Origin: Planctomycetota bacterium | GTDB taxonomy: Bacteria > Planctomycetota > JAJSAM01 > JAJVHW01 | DNA: 64,000 nt | Assembly: GCA_024280885.1 (NCBI GenBank) | Contig: JAJRPF010000070.1 | Coordinates: 107,861-171,860 of the forward strand | Reading direction: 5' to 3' | In this document: positions 1 through 8,993 of the stretch, piece by piece | How positions within the stretch are numbered: position 1 is the first letter of the stretch | Layout of the letters: every line of letters begins with the position of its first letter | The notes under the pieces: model-generated | What the model saw: the letters and a program-made list of their open reading frames with translations, nothing else | What the model was told of the DNA's origin: nothing | The model's database searches: none | Translations under genes and position numbers: made by a program

Positions 1-1034
1 GCGAATGCCGCGGCGACCGCCGACGGTGTCCCGATGCCGCCCGCGGCGCCGATACGAATGGGGCGTGTGAAACCGTGCTTCTTCATCATCTCGTCACGCA
101 GTTGCAGGACGGTGGGGAAGAGAGCCGTGAGCGTCTGGTTGTCCGTGTGCCCGCCGGAGTCGGCTTCGACGGTGTAATCCTCGGCCACCGGCACGCGCGC
201 GCCCAGGCGCGCCTCGTCGGCCGTGATGCGGCCCGCCGCAGCGAGATCGCGCAGCATCTCGGCTGGTGCGGGCGCCATGAAGCGGCGGGCGACCTCGGTC
301 CGGCTGATCTTCGCGAAGACGTGGTTGCGGCGCTGGATGCGACCGCTGGCGTCTTCGGTCAACCCCGTCACCGCGTAGCGCACGATCATCGGCGTGAGCT
401 GCATGTAGGCCGATGCCGAAACGCGCGTCACGCCGCGGCGCAGATAGAGATCGACGACCTCATCCTCGAGCGCCGGCTCGCTGGGCGAATGAATGAGGTT
501 GCTGCCCCAGGTCGGCGCAGCGGGCCCGGTGCCGAGCGCTTCCTCGATGCGGTCGATATTCTCCTCGACGCGCTCAGCGCGCAGCCCCGCGGCGCCGAAG
601 AACGCGAGCATCCCGGCGCGCGCCATTTCGATGACGAGTTCGGCCGTCGCGATCCCATTCGCCATCGCCCCGGCGACGTACGGGAAGCGCACACCGTGGG
701 TCTCGCAGAAACTGCGGTCGCCCAGCCACTCGGGGTACATCGCGGGGAGCGTGGCGACGAGCTCGAGCGCGGGCGGCTCCGAGCCTGCCGTGGCCTGCGT
801 CGCGCGTCCGCCCAATCCGACGCCGAGGCGCCCCGTCGCAGCGTCGCGAACGACGTGTACAGGCTCACGAACCCGCTGCACTGCGCTCGCGAGCTCGTCC
901 TGCGTGAACGCAGGGGCGATCGCGTCCGCGGTCCAGCCTGTGGGGGCCGGAGCGTGCGTGCTCGAGGGCGATGTACTGGCAGACGAGGCTGATTGGGGCA
1001 AGATGGAGAGCTCGTTCGTTCGAGAAGTGCGCAT
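1..1034 (-). CDS. PfaD-family / nitronate-monooxygenase-like enoyl reductase (FMN TIM-barrel), 3-prime end beyond window edge
   Basis: Minus-strand frame open from ATG at 1032-1034 to the window edge. Reverse-complement translation gives ...VEADSGGHTDN...IRIGAAGGIGTPSAVAAAF, typical of the NPD/PfaD enoyl-reductase fold. The plus ORF 75..992 and minus ORF 428..1312 in the track are Arg-rich shadows. The gene is not in the track because no stop lies inside the window. Confidence 0.5.
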   Translation of the reverse strand, partial: MRTSRTNELSILPQSASSASTSPSSTHAPAPTGWTADAIAPAFTQDELASAVQRVREPVHVVRDAATGRLGVGLGGRATQATAGSEPPALELVATLPAMYPEWLGDRSFCETHGVRFPYVAGAMANGIATAELVIEMARAGMLAFFGAAGLRAERVEENIDRIEEALGTGPAAPTWGSNLIHSPSEPALEDEVVDLYLRRGVTRVSASAYMQLTPMIVRYAVTGLTEDASGRIQRRNHVFAKISRTEVARRFMAPAPAEMLRDLAAAGRITADEARLGARVPVAEDYTVEADSGGHTDNQTLTALFPTVLQLRDEMMKKHGFTRPIRIGAAGGIGTPSAVAAAF

Positions 1035-1112
1035 GCGGTACGTTGGAAAGTCGGCGACGCGGCGATCAGCAGCGCTCCGCGAAGCGAAGCATGAGACGAA
1101 CGGCGCGTCACG

Positions 1113-1131
1113 AACGGCACTCTGTGCCGTT
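1113..1131. promoter_or_regulatory. Perfect 8-bp-arm palindrome AACGGCAC-TCT-GTGCCGTT ~40 bp upstream of the TetR start; candidate TetR operator
   Basis: Read directly in the sequence. It lies in the divergent intergenic region between the PfaD-like gene and the TetR gene. Confidence 0.3.
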
Positions 1132-1169
1132 TGTCACCGAGTGTCACGATTAAAAAGCGAGATCTGCCC

Positions 1170-1775
1170 ATGCCAAGCGGTCTACGAGAGCAAAAGAAGG
1201 CGGAGACGCGCGCGGCCCTCGTCAAGGCGGCCCAGGATCTCTTCCGCAAGCAGGGATATGAGGCCACGACGATCGAGGAGATCGCGGAACTGGCCTCCAT
1301 CTCGCGGCGCACGTTCTTTCGCTACTTCCCCACAAAAGAGGATCTGGTCTTCCCGCAGCAGGAGTCGCGGTTGCAGGGGTTCATGATGCTGCTCGAGACG
1401 CATCGCCCCGAGGAGACCCCCTTCGAGACGTTGCGCAACCTGACGGCGCTCTTCGCAGCGGACTACACGCGCCACGCCGAGCGGATCCTCGTCCAGCAGG
1501 AGTTGATCCTCTCGTCACCCGACCTCCTCGCCCGCGAGCGCGAGATCGACCGCGCGTGGGAGGCCACGATGTTCGAGTACCTCGCCAAGTGGGGCGGCGG
1601 CGGACGCGAGGCCGAGCACCGCGCGCGCGTGCTCGCCGGTGCGGCGATCGGCGTCATCCGCGCGACGCTGCGCTATTGGTTCAGCACGGGCGGCACCGAG
1701 GACCTCAACCAACTCGGGCAAGAGGCGCTCGACTTCCTCGAACAGGGCTTCCGCAAGATCGTCCCGATGGACTGA
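1170..1775 (+). CDS. TetR/AcrR family transcriptional regulator
   Basis: N-terminal HTH: RAALVKAAQDLFRKQGYEATTIEEIAELASISRRTFFRYFPTKEDLV. ATG at 1170 preferred over the TTG at 1131 given in the track. Confidence 0.85.
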   Translation: MPSGLREQKKAETRAALVKAAQDLFRKQGYEATTIEEIAELASISRRTFFRYFPTKEDLVFPQQESRLQGFMMLLETHRPEETPFETLRNLTALFAADYTRHAERILVQQELILSSPDLLAREREIDRAWEATMFEYLAKWGGGGREAEHRARVLAGAAIGVIRATLRYWFSTGGTEDLNQLGQEALDFLEQGFRKIVPMD

Positions 1776-1786
1776 CCGGGTAGGGA

Positions 1787-1874
1787 GCCAGGACAACTTC
1801 GGCAGAGTTCGGAGCGCGGGCGACGCAAGCACAACGACGCTGCCCCGAACTCCGCCGAAGTTGTCCTGGCTCCG
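1787..1874. repeat. Palindromic structured repeat, copy 1 (29-nt arms GGAGCCAGGACAACTTCGGCAGAGTTCGG / CCGAACTCCGCCGAAGTTGTCCTGGCTCC around a ~30-nt centre)
   Basis: Near-perfect inverted repeat. A second copy at 17426..17514 carries compensatory arm substitutions. Confidence 0.7.
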
Positions 1875-1928
1875 TATCTAGACCGACTCGTCCGCGTTCG
1901 CCGAGCCGAGTGGTAGAGTCGTGGCATC

Positions 1929-2441
1929 ATGAAAATCCTCCATGCGAAGAACGGCCCGCTCGCGGGCAACTCGTACAAGCTCGGCGCGAGCACCGTGATC
2001 GGTCGCGACGGCGAGTCGGATATCCAGCTCATCGACGACGGCGTCTCGCGGCGACACGCCTGCGTTGTCGAGAACGAGAACGGCAGCTTCTCCATCATCG
2101 ATCTCGGCAGCCGTAACGGTACGCAGGTGTGCGGAGAAGCCGTCCGCACGCGAAGCCTCGCGCAGCGCGACGAGATCACGATCGGCGGTACGACGTTTCT
2201 CTTCGGCGAGGTCGACGACGCGCAGGTGGATACGGACCATCCCGACATGCGCCTGACCAGCGGCCCCGCACTCGAGAGCACCGTCATGCACGAGGTCAGT
2301 GACGTCGTCGCGGATCTCCGCGCCAGAGCCGCCGCCGGCGAGGCCGCGTCGCCCTCGCCGTGCTGCGACAGCCCACTGGCGAGCCGCGCACAGACCGAGG
2401 GCTGGGCGCATTGTCCCTCGTGTGGCTCTCCCGTCGAGTAG
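1929..2441 (+). CDS. FHA-domain protein with Cys-rich C-terminal tail
   Basis: GRDGESDIQLIDDGVSRRHACVV...NGSFSIIDLGSRNGTQV is a canonical FHA core. The C-terminus CCDSP...HCPSCGSP is zinc-ribbon-like. Confidence 0.8.
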   Translation: MKILHAKNGPLAGNSYKLGASTVIGRDGESDIQLIDDGVSRRHACVVENENGSFSIIDLGSRNGTQVCGEAVRTRSLAQRDEITIGGTTFLFGEVDDAQVDTDHPDMRLTSGPALESTVMHEVSDVVADLRARAAAGEAASPSPCCDSPLASRAQTEGWAHCPSCGSPVE

Positions 2442-2494
2442 CCGTCGCCGGTTCCGCCCGGGTTTGCGGCTGGGCCCCTACACTGCGCGGTTCC

Positions 2495-4111
2495 ATGCCG
2501 AACACGCGCTTCTACGTCACGACCCCGATCTATTACGTCAACGATCGGCCGCATACCGGACACGCCTACACCTCCGTGTTGGCGGACGTCATGGCGGGCT
2601 ACCACCGCCTGCTCGGGATCGACACGTGGTTCCTGACCGGCACCGACGAGCACGGGCAGAAGGTGCAGGACTCTGCCGCCGAACGTGACGTGGCGCCGCA
2701 GGCTCTGTGCGATGAGATGGCTGCGCACTTTGGCGACTTGCTGGAGCGTCTGCGCGTCCGGAACGACGATTTCGTGCGCACGACCGAGCCGCGTCACACC
2801 GCCGTCGTGACGCAGGTACTCGCGGAATTGCATGCCCGCGGCGACGTGTATCTCGATCACTACGAGGGCTGGTATTGCGCGCGCTGTGAGCGCTATTGGA
2901 CCGACCGTGACGTCGAGGAGCAGGGCGGCGGTCGCTGCCCGGACCAGCCCGAGTTGCACGGCGTCGAGCGACTTGCGGAGGAGAACTACTACTTCCGCAT
3001 GTCGAAGTACGCCGATCGGTTGCGCGAGGCGATCGAGACCGACGTGTTCCGCGTTCATCCCGAGAAGCGCAAGAACGAGGTGCTTGGTTTCCTGAAAAAG
3101 GGCCTCACCGATCTTTGCATCAGCCGCAATCGAGAGCGGCTGTCGTGGGGAGTGCCGCTCCCTTTCGATGACAAATACGTCTGCTACGTCTGGGTCGATG
3201 CGCTCTTCAACTACAAGAGCGCGATCGGGTATCTCGCCGCCGATGACGCAGAGCACGAGCGCCATGCGCGGTGGTGGCCCGCGGACGTCCACGTGATCGG
3301 CAAGGACATCCTCACGACGCACGCGGTCTACTGGCCGACGCTTCTGATGGCGATGGGGGAGGCACTCCCGCGCATGGTGCTCGCGCACGGCTGGTTGCTG
3401 GACTCCAGGGGCGGCAAGCTCAGCAAGACCAAACGCGAGGGCGACGACGCGGAGGGCGTGTTGCCGGTGCCGACCATCGACGGTCTGCTCGACGTATTCG
3501 GCGCCGACGGCACGCGCTGGTTCCTCGCTACGGCGATGAAGCCAGGCGACGACACAGCGTTCGATTGGACGATCGTGCGCGAGCGCGTGAATACCGATCT
3601 GGCGAACGGTCTTGGCAACACGGCGAACCGGCTACTGAAGATGGCGGCCGGCGCGTGCGACGGTGTCTTCCCCGGACTGGGCGAAGACGACGATGTGGGG
3701 GAGACGCAAGAGCGCGTTCGTGCAGCAGCCGTTGCGGCGGTCGACGCGGTGCGCGCCTTCCCGGAGACGCTTGACGTGACGGCGGTCGTGGCCGCTGTCC
3801 GGAGTGGCGTGGCTGCGATCTCGCTCTTCCTGCAAGACGAGAAGCCGTGGAAACTCGTGAAGACCGACGACGGGCTGCCGCGCGCGCGCATCGTGATCGC
3901 TTGGTCGCTCGAGTCGCTGCGGTTGCTCGCTCTCGCCGTCCATCCCATACTGCCTGAGTCATTCGCCACACTCCGTACGGCACTCGGGATGACCGGCGAT
4001 CTCGATTTCGCGCGCGAGTCGCAATTCGGTGCGCTGCCCGAGGGGGCTCGTCTGGGCGCACCGCCGAATCTCTTCCCCCGTATCGGAGCTGACGCCATTC
4101 CCTCCGCGTAG
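2495..4111 (+). CDS. metG: Methionyl-tRNA synthetase (short form without C-terminal tRNA-binding domain)
   Basis: MPNTRFYVTTPIYYVNDRPHTGHAYTSVLADV (HIGH-type motif) and KLSKTKREG (KMSKS-type). The ORF begins at the ATG at 2495; the track ORF from 2360 carries an N-terminal shadow extension. Confidence 0.9.
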   Translation: MPNTRFYVTTPIYYVNDRPHTGHAYTSVLADVMAGYHRLLGIDTWFLTGTDEHGQKVQDSAAERDVAPQALCDEMAAHFGDLLERLRVRNDDFVRTTEPRHTAVVTQVLAELHARGDVYLDHYEGWYCARCERYWTDRDVEEQGGGRCPDQPELHGVERLAEENYYFRMSKYADRLREAIETDVFRVHPEKRKNEVLGFLKKGLTDLCISRNRERLSWGVPLPFDDKYVCYVWVDALFNYKSAIGYLAADDAEHERHARWWPADVHVIGKDILTTHAVYWPTLLMAMGEALPRMVLAHGWLLDSRGGKLSKTKREGDDAEGVLPVPTIDGLLDVFGADGTRWFLATAMKPGDDTAFDWTIVRERVNTDLANGLGNTANRLLKMAAGACDGVFPGLGEDDDVGETQERVRAAAVAAVDAVRAFPETLDVTAVVAAVRSGVAAISLFLQDEKPWKLVKTDDGLPRARIVIAWSLESLRLLALAVHPILPESFATLRTALGMTGDLDFARESQFGALPEGARLGAPPNLFPRIGADAIPSA

Positions 4112-4132
4112 CGGGCGGGCAAGGCCGACGAC

Positions 4133-4552
4133 ATGAGCGACGACGCCGTCACCCGCATCCTGCGCCGCGATCCGCGGTTCGCGCGCGCCGCGTACGACTT
4201 CGTGCGCGCGTCGTTGCGTCGCGCCGTCGAGATGGAACCCGAGCCGCGCCACATCTCGCCGCGCGAGTTGCTCGAGATCATCCGGGACCATGCACGCGAG
4301 ACGTTCGGCGCCCTGGCCCGGACCGTGCTGCGCGACTGGGGTGTCACGTCCACGAACGACTTCGGTGAGATCGTGTTCCACCTGATCGAAGAGAATGAAT
4401 TCGGCAAGAGCGCCGACGACAAGCTCGCGGATTTCCACGACGTCTTCGACTTCGATGCTGCCTTCCCGACCGATCTGGCGACGATGGGCGAGGTGCGCGT
4501 CCACGCGCCTGGCGACGAGTGGGACGACCTCGACGACGATGATGCGGAGTAA
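4133..4552 (+). CDS. Hypothetical small acidic protein
   Basis: Clean 139-aa ORF 22 bp after metG with non-shadow composition and an acidic C-terminus (DEWDDLDDDDAE). No family recognised with confidence. Confidence 0.55.
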   Translation: MSDDAVTRILRRDPRFARAAYDFVRASLRRAVEMEPEPRHISPRELLEIIRDHARETFGALARTVLRDWGVTSTNDFGEIVFHLIEENEFGKSADDKLADFHDVFDFDAAFPTDLATMGEVRVHAPGDEWDDLDDDDAE

Positions 4553-4627
4553 CGCGCCGCGGTCCGTCCGCGCGGCAAGCGCGTAGGACGGAAACGGTCG
4601 CATGGTGGCGGTTGGACGTCCTCCAAC

Positions 4628-6385
4628 TTGCCGCGTGATAGAGTCCCGCGCGTGAGCACTCCGGCCACCACCACCGCTGCAGCCCCCGCGCCTCCGAGCC
4701 GCTGGCTCCACGGGCCCGTGAGCGATCTGCTGCTCGGATGTGGCGCGCTCTACGTCGTTTTCTTCCTGGCGCAGTCGCTCGCCGGCGACGCGATGCGCGG
4801 GCTCCTCCCGATGGCGCTCGCGCCACTCATCACGCTGGCCGTCTCGGTCCCTCACTACGGAGCCACGCTGCTGCGCGTGATGGAGCGCCCCGCTGATCGC
4901 CGGACGTACGGTCGCGCGACCACGTGGACCACGCTTGCCGCACTCGTGGCTCTCTTCGTCGGCCTGCGCGTGCCGTTGCTCGGGGCCTGGATCGTCACGC
5001 TCTACCTCACGTGGAGTCCGTGGCACTACTCCGGCCAGAACTACGGCATCGGCATGATGTTCCTGCACCGCCGTGGCGTGCAGGTCTCGCCGGTCGCGCA
5101 GCGTCTCTACAAGTGGTCGTTCTGGCTGGCATTCGTGCTGGCGATACTCGCGATCCACGGTCCCTCGCCGATCGCCGAGTACTCGGCCCCGGGACTCGCC
5201 GCCGCCGACTTCAACTTCAAGCCGCTCGGCATCCCGGTCGGTATCCGCGACGCCTTGTTCATAGGGTTCGGCGCAGCGTACGTCGTCACGGTCGTGCTCT
5301 CGTTCGTGCATCTGCGCCGCGGCGCGGTGGGCTGCGAGCGCGGTGCGCTGCTCCCGGCATTCGCAATCGTCGCCACGCAGGCGCTCTGGTTCGTTGCGCC
5401 GGCGATCGTGCGGCGTTGGGATCTCCTCCCCTCGATCGAGCCGCTCTCGCGCGACGAACCCGCCTACAGCTTCCTGTGGGTCGCCGTCGGTCACGCGCTG
5501 CAGTACTTGTGGATCACGACCTACTTCGCCGAGCGCTCGGGTGCCGCACCATCGCGTGTGCGCTATCTCGGCAAGGCGATGACCGTCGGCATCGTCGCCT
5601 GGGCTCTCCCTGCGCTCGTGTTCGCCCCGGGGCTCCTCGGCGACGTTCCGTTCGATGCGGGACTCGGCATCCTGGTGGCGTCGGTCGTGAACTTGCACCA
5701 CTTCGTGATCGATGGCGTGATCTGGAAACTCCGCAAGGGACGGATCGCGCGCGTGCTCCTGCGGCGGGCGACGCCCGAGGAGCAACCATCCGATTCCACG
5801 TCGGCCACCGAGCCTCCGCAATCCCCTGCACGACGCTGGGTGTGGCCGGCACTCGGTGCGCTCGGAGTACTGCTGGTCGCGGCGTCCGCGTTCTCCGTGG
5901 TCGAGGAACAGATCGGATTCCAGCGTTCGCTCGACGCACAACCGCCGCGCTACGAGCGCGCGCGCGTTGCCTCGGAACGACTGCGATGGTTTGGCCGCGA
6001 GAGCGCGCAGCGCGAGACGCGACTCGGCATGGCCGCGCTTGCGCTCAAGCGTCCGGACGCAGCCGAGCGCGCGTTCGTGCGCGCCGTGGAGATCGATCCG
6101 AGCGTCGTCGCGTGGCTCGGATTGGGCGTGCTCCGACGGACGCGACGCGACGCTTCCGGCGCGCGCGCAGCATTCGACGCAGCGCTCAAGATCGACGCGC
6201 GCCACCCGGCCGCCTTGCTCTGCGCCGCGCAACTCGACGTGGCAGAAGGGCACACGATTTCCGCGACCGAGCGCCTACGCGCCGCAATCCGCGAAGCCGA
6301 CGTGCGGCGCGACATCCCCGAAGACAAACGCCGCAACGTAGCCCGCACCGCGCAGCGCCTGCTCACGACACTCGACGCCCGCTGA
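4628..6385 (+). CDS. Polytopic membrane protein with C-terminal TPR repeats
   Basis: About 10 hydrophobic segments followed by TPR-like helices (AERAFVRAVEIDPSVVAWLGLG...AFDAALKIDARHPAAL). Start uncertain (4628 or 4651). Confidence 0.6.
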   Translation: MPRDRVPRVSTPATTTAAAPAPPSRWLHGPVSDLLLGCGALYVVFFLAQSLAGDAMRGLLPMALAPLITLAVSVPHYGATLLRVMERPADRRTYGRATTWTTLAALVALFVGLRVPLLGAWIVTLYLTWSPWHYSGQNYGIGMMFLHRRGVQVSPVAQRLYKWSFWLAFVLAILAIHGPSPIAEYSAPGLAAADFNFKPLGIPVGIRDALFIGFGAAYVVTVVLSFVHLRRGAVGCERGALLPAFAIVATQALWFVAPAIVRRWDLLPSIEPLSRDEPAYSFLWVAVGHALQYLWITTYFAERSGAAPSRVRYLGKAMTVGIVAWALPALVFAPGLLGDVPFDAGLGILVASVVNLHHFVIDGVIWKLRKGRIARVLLRRATPEEQPSDSTSATEPPQSPARRWVWPALGALGVLLVAASAFSVVEEQIGFQRSLDAQPPRYERARVASERLRWFGRESAQRETRLGMAALALKRPDAAERAFVRAVEIDPSVVAWLGLGVLRRTRRDASGARAAFDAALKIDARHPAALLCAAQLDVAEGHTISATERLRAAIREADVRRDIPEDKRRNVARTAQRLLTTLDAR

Positions 6386-6614
6386 CACGGAGTGCGACCC
6401 GGTCACGGGTACACGACGCGTGGTGAGATGGACGATCGGTGAGCGGCCGTTCAATGACGCGTGGGGGAGGTCCAAGTGCCCGCGAGAGAGTCCGAGCGGG
6501 CGTCCAGAGAAGTGCCTCGGACGCGATCCCCTATCCTCGGCTGAGCATGCGCACGGCACAGAGTATCCTCCGACTCACGTTGACGATTACGACCGCCGGA
6601 TCGAGGAGCCAGAC

Positions 6615-7076
6615 GTGGGCATGACAGACGACATCGACAGGGCATGGAAGCTGTTCGTCGATGCGCATTCGGCGTACGTCGCGGCGAGGATGGACCTGTT
6701 CGCGACGGGTGGGAACTCGGGAGGCCACCTGGTCGACGCCCTGCGGTCCCCCGGCCAACGGCCGGCCGCGCTGGAACTCCTCGAATTCCTGCCGGAAGCG
6801 GAGAGTCGCGCGTATCTCGCCGAACTCGTTGCTCTCGCTTCGTGGGTGCATGGCGACATACTCGCTGCGCGCCACCTCATTGGCCGCATGGACCGCGAGT
6901 GGGTCATGGGGCGAATCGACGCCGTCGTCGTCTCCATGCTCGATGACGAGGAGTCATACCGACGGTTCGCCGAACTGTACGTCGAACTCGGAGGTGATCT
7001 GCTCTCATCGCACTTGCGCCGGTGCGCGGAGCACGCCGATCCGGAGGTTCGCGAGATCGCCGCCGACTTCGCGTGA
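6615..7076 (+). CDS. Hypothetical all-alpha cytoplasmic protein
   Basis: GAGGAG 5 nt upstream of the GTG at 6615 (ATG at 6621). Composition non-shadow (MTDDIDRAWKLFVDAH...). The upstream part of track ORF 6420..7076 looks non-coding. Confidence 0.45.
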   Translation: MGMTDDIDRAWKLFVDAHSAYVAARMDLFATGGNSGGHLVDALRSPGQRPAALELLEFLPEAESRAYLAELVALASWVHGDILAARHLIGRMDREWVMGRIDAVVVSMLDDEESYRRFAELYVELGGDLLSSHLRRCAEHADPEVREIAADFA

Positions 7077-7395
7077 CTTGCGCAGCTCGCGACGTCCTGG
7101 AGTCTCGAGCATTCCGTGCCAGGCTCGTCGGCGCGCCTGGCGAAGCGCCCGAGCTGACATTCGGCTGCGTCGCGCTCCACTGTGTATGGAGCGACGCGTC
7201 GTCATCGTTCGTGGACGATGATCGTTCCGCGCCACGAGCATGCCGTCGCTCGCGCCCGCGTTGCCCCGGCGACTCGGCGTCGCATCTTAGTCCCTGTGTA
7301 GGGCTCGGAGTGACGTTGTGCGCCGCGCCGATGCCGTTGACAGGCTCGTCAGATCGCCATCCACACGGTCATGCCGCGAGAGTGCGCAGCACTGC

Positions 7396-7431
7396 GTTGA
7401 CACAATGTGCCACAGACCCTAGCTTGGCCCC
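7396..7431 (+). promoter_or_regulatory. Candidate sigma70-type promoter for parDE (TTGACA ... TAGCTT)
   Basis: TTGACA at 7396, 17-nt spacer, then a weak -10 TAGCTT, 7 nt before the parD ATG. Called by eye only. Confidence 0.2.
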
Positions 7432-7704
7432 ATGGCGTCTCGCACGACCCTGAACGTCTCGCTCACTCCGGAACTTGGTCGCTTCATCGAGAGCCGACTG
7501 CGGTCCGGGAAGTACCAGACCGCGAGCGAGGTGGTGCGCGAGGCGCTGCGCCTGCTCGAGTCCCGGGGCCGCGAGCCGGTCGCGGGCGTCGAGGAGTTGC
7601 GAACCGAGATCGAATTGGGTCTCGATCAATTGCGTCGAGGCGAGGCCGTCGATGGAGACGAGTTCTTCGATGCCTTGCAGGCCCGTCGCAACGGCACGGG
7701 CTGA
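7432..7704 (+). CDS. parD: ParD-family ribbon-helix-helix antitoxin
   Basis: MASRTTLNVSLTPELGRFIESRLRSGKYQTASEVVREALRLLE matches the ParD/CopG antitoxin signature. A ParE gene follows 6 bp downstream. Confidence 0.8.
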   Translation: MASRTTLNVSLTPELGRFIESRLRSGKYQTASEVVREALRLLESRGREPVAGVEELRTEIELGLDQLRRGEAVDGDEFFDALQARRNGTG

Positions 7705-7710
7705 CCGCCG

Positions 7711-8010
7711 ATGAGCGGATTCGTCCTCTCGCCCGCGGCCGCGGCCGATATCGAGGACATCGCGTCGTTCCTGGACGATCACGCATCGCACGCAACGGAT
7801 TCAGTGCTCACCGCTCTGCGCGGATCGATGACGCGCCTCGCCGAACGACCTGGCCTCGGACATCTTCGCGAGGACCTCGCGGACGAACCGCTGCGCTTCT
7901 ACGCCGTCTGGAGCTACCTGGTCATCTACCGCGTCGCTGCGCGCGTCGAGATAGTGCGCGTGATTCACGCTGCGCGCGACGTGGCCGACGAGCTCAGCGA
8001 CTCCTCGTAG
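7711..8010 (+). CDS. parE: ParE/RelE-family toxin
   Basis: 99 aa with ...PGLGHLREDLADEPLRFYAVWSYLVIYRV..., a ParE-like fold signature. Paired with parD. Confidence 0.8.
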   Translation: MSGFVLSPAAAADIEDIASFLDDHASHATDSVLTALRGSMTRLAERPGLGHLREDLADEPLRFYAVWSYLVIYRVAARVEIVRVIHAARDVADELSDSS

Positions 8011-8106
8011 CACACCCCGGTCGACACGAACCTCGCTCCCAATCTCCTACCCTGCCTCTACCTGCCGACAGACCGCCCAGCGACCCGCTCATCCGCGAGG
8101 ACCAAG

Positions 8107-8757
8107 ATGCCCCAGCCCATCGAACTCGTGATTTTCGACTGCGATGGTGTCCTCGTGGACAGCGAGCGCCTCGCGGTGCGCATCGATGCACTCGTTCTCG
8201 CGCGCATGGGATGGCCGCTGTCGGAGTCGGAGATCATCGAGCGCTTCGTGGGCCGCTCCGATGCCTACATGCGCGAGGAGGTTGGGAAACACATCGGTCG
8301 CGAACTGGCCGAGGATTGGGACGCGGAGTTTTCGGGCCTCTACCGCGAGACGTTCGAGAACGAGCTCCGCCCGGTGGACGGCATCGTCGATGCGCTCGAC
8401 GAGCTGTCACTTCCCACGTGCGTGGCATCGAGCGGCAGCCATCGGAAGATGCGCTTCACACTTGGGCTGACGGGTCTTTGGGATCGCTTCGACGGGCTGA
8501 TCTTCAGCGGAGATGAAGTCGAGAATGGGAAGCCCGCTCCCGACCTCTTCCTCCACGCCGCCGATCGCATGGGAGTTGCGCTGGCGGCGTGCGCCGTCAT
8601 CGAGGACAGCAGATTTGGGGTCGCAGCCGCGCGCGCCGCGGGAATGCGTGCCTTCGGATTTGCGGGCGGATTGACGAGCGCGGAGCGACTCGCCGGACCC
8701 GGTACGAGAGTCTTCGACAAGATGCGGGAGCTTCCCCGCCTGCTCGCCGCGTCGTAA
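8107..8757 (+). CDS. HAD-IA family hydrolase (beta-phosphoglucomutase-like)
   Basis: ELVIFDCDGVLVDSE (motif I DxDGV), SSGS, ENGKPAPD and EDS motifs. Confidence 0.85.
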   Translation: MPQPIELVIFDCDGVLVDSERLAVRIDALVLARMGWPLSESEIIERFVGRSDAYMREEVGKHIGRELAEDWDAEFSGLYRETFENELRPVDGIVDALDELSLPTCVASSGSHRKMRFTLGLTGLWDRFDGLIFSGDEVENGKPAPDLFLHAADRMGVALAACAVIEDSRFGVAAARAAGMRAFGFAGGLTSAERLAGPGTRVFDKMRELPRLLAAS

Positions 8758-8993
8758 GTCTCTGGCATGTTGTCGGCGTGCCGAGACGTGCGCGGGCCGG
8801 CCCGTCGCGAGCGGACGTGGACCGGGTCCGCGCGGTCGGCGAGAAGTATCTTCCACACAGGACATCTCGGCGCGTCGCTGTAGTTGTCGCTGCGAAGTAC
8901 AGAACCCGGATGAACTCTTCGGCCCACCGACGCGTCCGAAGAATCCACCCGGGTTCAGCACTTCAGGGATAGGTCGAGTCGGAGGCACGCCCT

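Noticed and set aside
75-992. 305-aa plus-strand ORF at the left edge
   Set aside because: This is the antisense of a minus-strand frame whose translation carries PfaD/NPD enoyl-reductase motifs. The plus translation is Arg-rich and low-complexity.
1673-3388. 571-aa minus-strand ORF, with similar long ORFs at 3959..6253(-), 4924..6426(+), 11434..13362(+), 13522..15069(+), 15972..17801(-), 21144..22478(-), 22874..24370(+), 22989..24527(-), 25213..27537(-), 36648..37844(+), 38487..40178(+), 48712..50190(-), 50744..52168(-), 52481..54274(-), 55250..56758(-), 58748..59758(-), 60258..61394(-), 62314..63402(-)
   Set aside because: All are Arg/Ala/Gly/Pro-rich translations lying antisense to, or out of frame with, genes that carry clear family motifs (metG, rpsA, tyrS, rseP, the sensor kinase and others). 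These are the stop-poor shadow frames expected in GC-rich DNA.
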